The position numbers and the translations under genes are program-made. From Iphione sp. A-MEVVRFRX5 (lineage: Eukaryota): 64,000 nt of DNA. Shown piece by piece: positions 52,953-62,120 of this stretch; position 1 is the stretch's first letter; each line of letters starts with the position of its first letter. The stretch spans positions 37,138,001-37,202,000 of the forward strand of contig OZ320320.1 of the NCBI GenBank assembly GCA_976226885.1, written 5' to 3'. Under the pieces are notes generated by a model that was given only the letters and a program-made list of their open reading frames with translations, had not been told where the DNA came from and did not search any database.

Positions 52953-53354
52953 GGGATTTAGGAGAAGGTAAGTCTGAGTTCAACTCCCCCTGCTCCATTA
53001 CAGTCTTTGCCTACAAAGGCAAAGGCTAAGAGAAGAAAACTCAGAGAAAATTACATGGTGTGTGGTATGCCCAGGATGTAGTCATAGGTCACATGATGAT
53101 CAGCCAGCCTCCTTTGAAAAGCTTGGGAACTTACAGAGTATAAGAGCCATATTTAGTCATGATCCTTAGAAGTAGAAACGGTGATAGTGATAGAGGTGAT
53201 GTTGAGTTCCCAGCAGCAGATGCTCTTCCAAGCAATAGGGAAGAGGATATTGAATCAATGGGAAGTACATCTCAAAGTGATGACGATATTATTTCAAATC
53301 CTTTTGGAACACAAGTGTTTGATGATATGAGAATGAAAACCAAGGGGTCATATC

Positions 53355-53575
53355 TTGAACATAGCAGCATAGAATGTTCAAACAATGTACCAAGCCAGAA
53401 AAATTGCTAATGTTACACAAGAAATGAAACAAGAGATGAACCTTGATATGAAAGAAGAGATGAACCTTGATATCCATGGCATAGCTGAAACAAGACGGAT
53501 AGGAAGTGGTAAGAACTTATCTTGGAGCTGATGTTAGCTCAGACCATAACATAGTTGTTATCAAAATGAAGATCA
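53355..53575 (+). pseudogene. AP-endonuclease domain remnant of the RTE ORF (N-terminal motifs fused to the C-terminal SDH motif by an internal deletion)
   Basis: IAA*NVQTM (cf. IATWNVRTL) and GIAETR (cf. GISETRW) are followed, only about 10 codons later and in a shifted frame, by GADVSSDH (53524-53547). Confidence 0.85.
53426..53473 (+). repeat. 24-bp in-frame tandem duplication inside the RTE endonuclease
   Basis: GAAACAAGAGATGAACCTTGATAT / GAAAGAAGAGATGAACCTTGATAT, 1 mismatch. Confidence 0.9.
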
Positions 53576-54252
53576 AAAAATCTACTTTAGCTATCAATGA
53601 ATAGGTAGATATGGACTCGTTAAAAATAAAATGAGTATGAAGTAAGTAAGATATGGTGTAGAATTGACAAGCAGGTTTCAAATGTGGAATATGGAGGGAG
53701 ACACACAGGCTGAAGAATGAAATTGAAGCAATGTGGAAAACAGTGCAAGATACATTAATACAATCAGCAAGAGCAGTACTACCTAAAACAAAAGGAGAAA
53801 AAAGACATGGATGACTAATGAAATCTTGGAAGAAATGATAGTGAGAAAGAAGCATAAAGGCACTGCTTGCGATAAAGAAAAAGGTTGAGAAAGTTAAACA
53901 TATATTCAAGATGGCAAAAGAAGCATGATGGCAAGGAAAATACAAAGAAGTAAAAATCTAGATAAAAGCCATAAATCCAAACAGATGCATAAGAAGATAA
54001 AAGAAATGACCCAAAAGACAAACAGTAAAAGCTGGAGAGGCTGCATAAATGATAAAGGTGGTAACATGCTTCTCAACAATGAAGAGATTGGAATTAGATG
54101 GGTTCAGTATGTTTATGATTTTTATTATGATAAGAGAGGAGAAAAACCATATATAGACAATAATACTGGATGTTACATAATAACTGCTGAAGTCAACAAT
54201 GCTATCAAAGATATGAAAATAGGTAAAGCAAGTGGATAAGATGACATTACTA

Positions 54253-55059
54253 CAGTACAGTCTCTCCATTCCGGACACCCTGCGTTCTGACCCAAACTGT
54301 CCGCATTTGAGACATGTCCGCATTGGAGATGGGATGGGGGGGGGGGGTCAAGCTTGGAAATATTATCAATTAAAATTGTGTATTCGACTGAACTGCAATG
54401 TACAGCCCTGGTTGTAAACCAGCCTATAGGCTGATGTCAGGATCCTGTCTAAAAGAAAATCCCCTTATCCCTCTCTCTCTATAAATTAATTTAACCAGTT
54501 ATGGTCCAAAAAGCACTGAATTTGACCAGTAAAAGTCCTAAAAGTCCTGAATTTGACCAATTAAAGTCCCAAAAGTACTGAATTTGACCAGTTAAAGTCC
54601 TAAAAGTACTGAATTTGACCAGTTAAAGTCCTCAAAGTACTGAATTTGACCAGTAAAAGTCAAAAAGACTTATTCATGCCTACCTTTGAAAATGACTTCT
54701 GAGGCCTCCCTGCAGTCCCACATTTGTGCGAAAACACATACAGAGGTGTGAAATCCTACTCTTTGAGGGTGTCAGGGGGTCTGGGAGGCCTCAAATTCGC
54801 ACAACAACAAAGGAACAGCGACATCGGGGGCTTCAGGGGGTCTGTCCGCCCCCGTTTGATCTGATTTTAGCTGAACTTTTGAAAAATTGTTGCACAACAC
54901 CCGCAGTCTGCAGGGAGGTGTCCCCTAAATTTTGCAGTCCGCATTTAAGACATCAGCTTACTATAGGAAACAATAGGAAATCATTTTGTTCTGCATCAAA
55001 TCGTCCACATTTGAGATGTGTCCACTTCCGAGATGCGTCCGCAGGCAGGGAGTGTACTG
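54253..55059. mobile_element. Non-autonomous Tc1/mariner (pogo/Tigger-like) DNA transposon, MITE-type, 807 bp, inserted in the RTE
   Basis: TA on both sides (54251-52 and 55060-61). The left end CAGTACAGTCTCTCC matches the reverse-complemented right end CAGTACACTCCCTGC at 12/15. Subterminal GTCC(G/A)CA/CT..GAGA repeats at 54299, 54316, 54937, 55003 and 55020. Excision leaving one TA restores ..GAC ATT ACT ACT GAG ATG.. (DITTEM). No transposase ORF. Confidence 0.9.
54504..54658 (+). repeat. Minisatellite, 5 x 31 bp (consensus GTCCTAAAAGTACTGAATTTGACCAGTTAAA) inside the MITE
   Basis: Five head-to-tail units start at 54504, 54535, 54566, 54597 and 54628, with 0-3 differences each. There are partial units on both sides and no spacers. 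Confidence 0.97.
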
Positions 55060-55061
55060 TA

Positions 55062-56079
55062 CTGAGATGTTACAGGCTCTTGATGACAAAGGTGTAAAGA
55101 CGATTACAGAACTATGCAATATGATTTATCCACCTCAGGATACATACCATCTGATATGAATAAATCAGTGTTTATAAGACTACCTAAGAGTGCTAAAGTA
55201 ATGAACGGCTCTGACTATTAAACATTGAATTTGATGAGCCATGTGAATAAAGTTATTCTGAAAGTCATCTTACAAAGAAATAGGAAAAATATAGAAATTG
55301 GAATTGGTGAAGCCCAGACTGGATTTATCACAGACAAATGAACAAGAGAAGGTAGCTTTAACTTACGTACCATAATAGAACTATATATGAACCACAGCAA
55401 AGCTCTATAGCTATGCTTCATAGACTATGAGAAAGTGTTTGATTAAGTGAACCATGAGAAGATGATTGAGTGCTTGCAATAGGTGGATGGACAAGATCTT
55501 AATCTGATAAGAAATCGTTACTTGAATTATAAAGCCTATATAGAAACTGAGGAAAGTCTGTCACCAGAAATAAATATTAAAAGAGGAGTTCATCAAAGTT
55601 GTGTGCTATTGTCACCCCTATTCATTTATATACAGAAACCATCCTTACATGCATAGACAATGAAAAAGGAGTAAATATTGGTGGAAGAGTAGTCACCAAT
55701 CCAAGGTATGCAGATGATACAGTACTACTTGCTGGAAGTGAACAAGTACTGCAACAAATACTAAATGATGTCAACATCAAAGTAATGAATTTTGGCATGA
55801 AATTGAATGCCAAAAAGACCAAACAAATACTGATCTCCAAAAACAACAACACACAACTGAAAATAAATATTGATGGCTCCGATATTCAACAGGTAAAACC
55901 TTTTGTATATTTAGGACAACTGATCACTGATGATGGCAAATGTAATGCTGAAATAATGAGAAGAATAGAATAGCATGAAGTGTTGTTCAATAATATGTCA
56001 AATACATTAATTGCTCACAATGTAAGTACATCTACAAGAAAATGAATTATCATGTGCTACATATGGACACACTGTTATA
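55062..56079 (+). pseudogene. Reverse-transcriptase domain remnant of the RTE ORF
   Basis: RT motifs FIRLPK, DY*TLNLMSH, QTGF, LCFIDYEKVFD, KRGVHQSCVL-SP, RYADD, LNAKKTK and FVYLGQLITDDG, with multiple stops and frameshifts. The track ORF 55599..55973 captures only part of it. Confidence 0.92.
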
Positions 56080-56233
56080 TAGTCAAGTCTTGATTACTAA
56101 CCACATTGATTACCGACCAAACAGGCTAATACAACCAGTTAAGCTTGGAACTAAAATTCTGTCTGTACTTAACCAATGCATCGATTTCAGACCATTCCCT
56201 CTATTGTGACCATTTGAGCTCAGACCAGAGCAC
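56080..56233 (+). mobile_element. Second insert in the RTE: 154-bp probable left-end fragment of a Tc1/pogo-type MITE
   Basis: Flanks rejoin as CTG TTA TA|T GGT AGT GAG ACA TGG (LLYGSETW). The insert starts after TA with TAGTCAAGTCTTGATTAC (CAGTC-like end) and has repeated ACCA/GACCA submotifs. No matching right TIR. Confidence 0.6.
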
Positions 56234-56597
56234 TGGTAGTGAGACATGGACTCTGAGTCAGAACAGTCTGAAGAGATTACAAGCATTTAAAACGTGGGTG
56301 TATAGAAAAATCATGAAAATATCTTAGACACAGAAAATCAAGAATGAAGAGGTCCTAAACATGATCTAAGATAAACCCAACATATTACCTATCATAAAAA
56401 AGAGGAAGATTAACAACATCATGGTATGAAGTGGAATAAAGAAAAATGCTGATTTGATTAGGAAGGCACAAGATCGGAGAAGCTGGAGGATCATGGCAGC
56501 TAACCTTCATGATGAAGATGGCACCACATGATGATGAGAGAGCCTCCAATCAGGATACGTTTGGGTCTTTAACTTGTCCCTGTCAGGCAGTACTTTT

Positions 56598-56665
56598 AGT
56601 ATAGGAAAGTAGAATTTGTTCTTCACATAGGTGTCCCTATTAGAGGGATGTCCCTATTATAGACA
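56598..56665 (+). mobile_element. Fragment of a related pogo-type MITE right subterminal region
   Basis: TATAGGAAA..TTTGTTC..GTGTCCCTATTAGAGGGATGTCCCTATTA mirrors the layout at 54960-55035 (TATAGGAAA..TTTGTTC..GTCC repeats). Confidence 0.4.
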
Positions 56666-59600
56666 TCTCCTCAGGTGGTTTTCTGCTGAAAACAATTCCA
56701 GAAATGGGTGAAATCGTTGGCAGCATTCTCCTTGCGTGCAATATACTGCTGCTGATTGCAATTGGTCTTGAAATTACTTCTATCTGGTTTTTGCTGCTGC
56801 TGAATTATTGTTGTAGGGAGACATAGAGGTGGGTATCATGAAGCTGGATGCTGGTAATATCGCAAATGATAGTATCTTAAAGCGGGTATTAATATGGTCT
56901 AGATAGTTGGTATAAGTAAGAATACCGCTACATATGGAAGCACTTGCGGTGTACTGTTAAGCATAACGAACGGTTCTATTCATACTGATTGCCGTCGTCC
57001 TGGTATTGAAGGATGGAGGCCCTTGGGGAGTACTCCAGGCGATGGGAATGATCATGTGAAGGGCCTGATGCACTATTGTTAGTCGTAGTAGAAGAATTGA
57101 TGATAATGACCTTAAATAAAGGTCAGGCTAAGGGGTGGATTATTAGTACAATAATGGTGAGTGGTGGAGATTGGTAACATCGGGTGTGCTTTGTGGCGCT
57201 AATGGATGACAGCAACAGTCGTGAATCCATAACTGAAGAATGAGGAGTGGTGACGCCTATAACAGATTGTTGTACAGGAAAGACCAGGGAAGTAATCTTA
57301 GAACTGCACACAATGGAAACGTAATAGCAGTACCAAAAAACCCTCTCCATACGTGATACATAGTACGTTCCTAGAACACTGGTTGGAGACCCACGGCAGT
57401 TAGTTGCTGTGGCTCGGACGCGTTCAGAGAAAAAGGGTGGATGGCGATGGCAAGAAGTAAGAATGATATGAATGCTATAAGAGGGTGTGACGCTATGGGT
57501 GACCATGTAAAAGTAAGGATAGCCAGCCTGATTGCAAGGGACGTATCTAATTTACAAAGAAGTGAATTAATCAGCACTCCAGCCAGAGAATGAGGCAGTC
57601 TTTCTTTGAGTCTGCCATGTAACTGCCGACATGGGGGGTGGGGGGGGAACATTTAGTTCAATAACGTCCTTTCTACCGGAGGTCGCCTTGCTGGGGACCA
57701 GGCAATTGCTGGCTGACGATAGGAGGATTTCCCACCCGATTAGGACGGGGATTAGGTGGGTTTTAGACAGGCAGCCTCTGTGCATGCTGGTATAATTGAC
57801 ACTGACACTGCAGTCTCAAACGGTGTGTGATATTTCAGGGTGTTTTTACCTCCACGATTCTCCGGGTTCTCTCCCATCTCTCTCCCTCTACCTCCTACCG
57901 TCCTCTTCAGGTTGGTTATCTAGCTAGGCTGTTTTGCTGTCGTGCAAGAGATCTTAATTAACACAACTTTCAACGTTCGTCTGCATGACAGTCAGTTCGT
58001 GGGCTACGTTTTCCTTGTTGGCGGAGCGATGCGAATGACGTGCAGGCAAAATAACAGAAAAGAACTCAGCGGACATGAGTTCCAGCCATCAGGAACTGCA
58101 GTTCCAAATAACAGATTGAGATTGAATTTACACCCCAAGAAATGAGACTAATTCATCGTGGTCCTCTCATGAACTTCAAGCAATTTTGAGAGGTTGTAAT
58201 AAATACTGTCACGTGAACAGCCATGGTGTTTCGGCGTGGATGAGTGCCCTCATTATGGAACTATTCACCACCAAGGAAGCATGCTTATCTATCCAATGTT
58301 CAATTTACAAACGTAATGTCTGAAATTTGATATCCTACCAAAATATCACATCTCATGATGCTACTGAAAGCTAGGCATACTACATGTACGTGTATATGCT
58401 ATCAGCACATTAATACTTCATCCCATGGGAATTCATATCAAAATGAACCTTATGGGAGGGGGGGCATGCTTCCCTCTCATTGGAATTCCCACACCTGCGT
58501 GCAAGGACTTTCCCCTTAGGACATCACAGAGTTTTATTTTTCTGTGTCTACTGTCCTCAATGAGCGAGCCGCCTTTGAGGCAAGTGTTATTAAAGCTACA
58601 GTCGCAAGGGTACCATTTTTGTGTCTTCAGTGAGTACATGTATTTGTTGATAAATATAAAATATATACCAATTCTTACGACTATCCTCTTTGATCATCAA
58701 CAAATTACGGCGCTGGAATATGAATAGAAATGACTGCCTGACTGGGAAGATCTTACATTCTTTTACTAGTTTCAAAAGGCACCTATTAGGGAGACAACAC
58801 GAGAGCTACCCTCTGTTTTTTTTCTGTAGTTTCATCTTGCATTTAAATCAGACTGTAGAGATTACTGATAGAAACCACAGGGAAATTGCCCCATCAATTG
58901 ATTGCCTGAGGATTGAAGAGTATGTTAGGGGACCCACAGCAAGCTTCTAAATGCTTCACTGCTTCGTTCAGTGCTTTATTCTGTGTTCTCATGCGTTGAA
59001 GCCACTTTACAAATTGTCGTGTCTACGGCTGCTAGTCTGAAACCCGAGGAAAAGAGAAACCATAAAAAGTACACGCCCCACCTTGCCCGACCATGCTAGC
59101 CCAAAACTGATGGCTGATTAATCAAAATTTGTCACAAATTTAATGATCTTGTCCTTCACTGGGCTTGCTGAGAATAACCAATGGGTTTTAGGGAGAAGTT
59201 GCTGCGTACGCCGGTACGTGAATGTGTATGCGTTATGTAGTAAGTGAAGGGTGAGAGGGGCTCTTTGCAGCACTCCGTTTATGAAACATTCTTGACGAGC
59301 TTCGATTTATCAGCGTTGACTAAGCGGCTTACAGGCAAGAAGCGCGTCCTGACGGCCACTGTCCTTCATGATTTGCACGGAGCCCCTGAGGAGAGTTTGG
59401 CTAGGGGTGTTAAACATGTCAGTGAGTGCGGGTAAAATGGTTATGAAGGCTCGGCCGCTGCAGCCTCGACACTTGCACGACACGGGCCCCATCCAACAGA
59501 ATCTCCCCCTGTCAAATCTGGGTCCACAAATGGAGACGAGCGCGCCGACAGGCGGCGCCTAAGAGGACCTGGATATCACATGGGCCGGGTGGACGTTGAT

Positions 59601-60420
59601 GGCATTACCTTGAGGCAGCCCACAGAGTTTTAGCCAAATTTGGAGGATATAAATATAAACGAGACAAGATTTTTCTCACTTTCCCTGAGTTGCAATCTTC
59701 TAGAAAGGGATAAGATTTGCGGGCCAGAGACATTCATGGCTAATATAATATTGCAGGCGAAAGAAAGTAAGTGCATTTCTAACATAAACCTATATCATAC
59801 CTTCTTAAGAATGATAAAAGATGACATCTCTGTATCTGCAATAATGTTGTAGTCTTATGATAAAACAATAAGTCCATTTAAATACCATAAGTGCGTATAG
59901 TTATATGGAAATTTGATCGTTATTGGTAGCTTTAGGCAGCGACGCCAATATGCTAACTTTGATATCCACTTACTTCGCCTTTGGCATCTAGTCGTGCGAA
60001 ACCTCATGAAGGAAGATGCTTCCGTCGTTAATATGGCAATCCAAGGGGGTGTCTGTTCTTTTTCCAGACCACCAGCGAAAACTGGTTAGCAACTATCGCC
60101 CATCTTTATATCCCAAAAGATATACCTACCCAGTTGACACCTTAATAATGTCATTTCCATTAAGGTTCTGGAGTATGTAAATTATGGTAGTACCAATCTC
60201 AAGCTTAGATGCTTTCGGTAAACCGCAAAACTATTAATGGGAGTATTTGACACTCTAATCGTTCGTGGTAGGAAAAGTAATTATACTAGACAAATTATCC
60301 CAAGCCCTCCATCAAATTAATTTGACATTTCATGAGAAATATGAACGGCATAATGGGGAGAAATACGTTTAAATGTATATATATCAAGAGACAGGGGCTT
60401 GCATCTTTGAGTCAGTTGAC

Positions 60421-60500
60421 TTGCCTAACGGAACACAGATTGTTGGAGAAAATAATCTCGGCTGAAATTCGTGCAGTACTATTGCACTGACATCCATCAT
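60421..60500 (+). pseudogene. Decayed RNase H fragment of an I-group-type LINE
   Basis: LPNGT...ISAEIRAVLL(A)LTSII (one frameshift) resembles the non-LTR RNase H motif LP...S.F.AEL.AI..AL..I. Confidence 0.4.
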
Positions 60501-62022
60501 CAACCATACAATTCAGTACCTCCTCTCCCTGAAAAACCCAGCGACAACTAAAAAAACAATGACAAAAATATTCGAAAGAAACTTTCTAATTGATTGGTCG
60601 CTAAGACCGAAATGATAACTTTCAGTTCACCTCTTTAGTGTTTTATCCACAAAAATAAATGCTGAGAACATCAATGAAGAAACGAGTTGGCTATTTATTG
60701 ATATTTCGCATGTGGTTGAGTGGCCATATCAAGCTGTTAAACCCAGCTACCGTCAGACCAGTCGCTTTCGTCGCGCGATTGCTGGCATTGCGTATTGATA
60801 ACGTTCCAAAGCGAGCAACAGTGCCGTGAGCGTACGGCAGCTACTGCTACTCCCCCTAGTGACTGCCAATGGGAACTGTGACGGTTAATAAGGCACTGAC
60901 AAGGCGGCCTCCCAGCCCTGACAGCGTGTGCTTTTTATTTGAAATTGAAGAAGACGGACGAGCAAAATATGCGCGCGTTATCCTTTGCGTGCTTCTCTAT
61001 GGGTCTGTCGATGCGGCGGGAGGGCGGGCGGCTATGGCTATTAGTTTTGTGCAGTGGTACGAATCTTCCCCGACCTCCAGGCCTGCACATGTGTCCTGTA
61101 GAGGCAAAGTGATTTAAACGGGTTTTAACACGTGCGGGTTGCGGGTGATTACATACGGCTCAGTAGTGTAGCCCGCCGTTCAGTACAAAGCGCCAGAGAA
61201 AAACAGCAGCAAGGAATGGTGGCGATATTGCCCGCATGCTGTCCCCGCGGAACAAACTGAACTGGAAAAGCAATCAATATGCGTTGTCTGTCATATTCCT
61301 CTATCGACTTCCGGCCTTCTCGGTTAGTGCTAGTTTCATTTCATTTGCTATCTGACTCCATTTATTCTCTTTGCCCTTTTCTGCTAAACTATCAGCGTGC
61401 AAGCAGGAAGGTGTGTATCATTGTGTGTTGATTATCTCTGAGACTCTCAAACTTTACCTAACTAATTGCATGTCCATAGAAGTGGAATTACTTTTGCATT
61501 ATCCTGCATAGAGGTCAGCCCAAAAAGAAAAAGTAACAGACTCGACCTGCTACATATAATTGCTTTTAAAAAAAGGTAATAGCTCATTTACAGTTCCTGA
61601 GAAAAAAGATTCATGACCCGAGGCATGCATCTATCTGTGATTTCTTTGTTACGTTTTCAATTTTTTTTGATAGATGGTGATGGTTATCCTCATACTGGAG
61701 ATTATCACACGTGTTTACGGCCCTGTACATAGTCGAGGCTTGGTCGAATTTGTCCCAAAGGTGGGGTATGGGGCATAGATTTAGTTCACATAGGATATAC
61801 AATCAGAGAAAAATGAATAGGCCCGGCTGGGCCTTGTCAGAGGAGACGGGATATGGGATAACTGGAGAGCAGCAACGAGGAGAGAATAAGGAAGAGAACT
61901 GTAAGTGAAGGAATAGACAAGTAGGTGGAATGCGGAATGAGATGGAGCATCTGAGGGATTGGACTAGAGACGGCAAGAGACACTTGTATGAGTTTGATCA
62001 CTACGGAAAACGGTGTTTTGAA

Positions 62023-62120
62023 AAGAGAGCGGGAGATAGAGAGATAGAGAGAGAGAAACAGACGGAGAGACAGACATAAGCAGAGGAAGAAAAGAACAAG
62101 AAAGAGAGGAGAGAGAAAGT
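62023..62120 (+). repeat. Degenerate GA/purine-rich low-complexity tract
   Basis: Direct reading. Confidence 0.8.

Larger units (their letters stand above)
52854..56537 (+). mobile_element. RTE-clade non-LTR retrotransposon, near full-length but decayed (stops, frameshifts, internal deletions, two nested inserts)
   Basis: Manual translation gives RTE-typical blocks in the correct order: LNIAA*NVQTMYQARKIANVTQEM..MNLDIHGIAETRRIGSG (53355-53510), YLGADVSSDHNIVVIKMKIK (53518-), WMTNEILEEM, GKASG*DDITTEMLQAL, GYIPSDMNKSVFIRLPK, LCFIDYEKVFD, VTNPRYADDTVLLA (YADD 55707-55718), GMKLNAKKTK, TDDGKCNAEIMRRIE, CYIW..LLYGSETWTL. It ends GATGGCACCACA(TGA)3 at 56537. The 5' limit is inferred from the ribozyme-like fold and is less certain than the 3' limit. 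No convincing TSD was seen. Confidence 0.92.

Noticed and set aside
54504-54658. 31-bp repeats as a CRISPR array
   Set aside because: The units are contiguous with no unique spacers, there are no cas genes, and the array lies inside a eukaryotic MITE.
52840-56550. Target-site duplication for the RTE (AGTCCTCCC vs AGCCTCCA)
   Set aside because: Only a CCTCC core matches, which is not distinguishable from chance.
58426-58515. Three NF-kB-like sites
   Set aside because: Each has at least one mismatch to GGGRNNYYCC.
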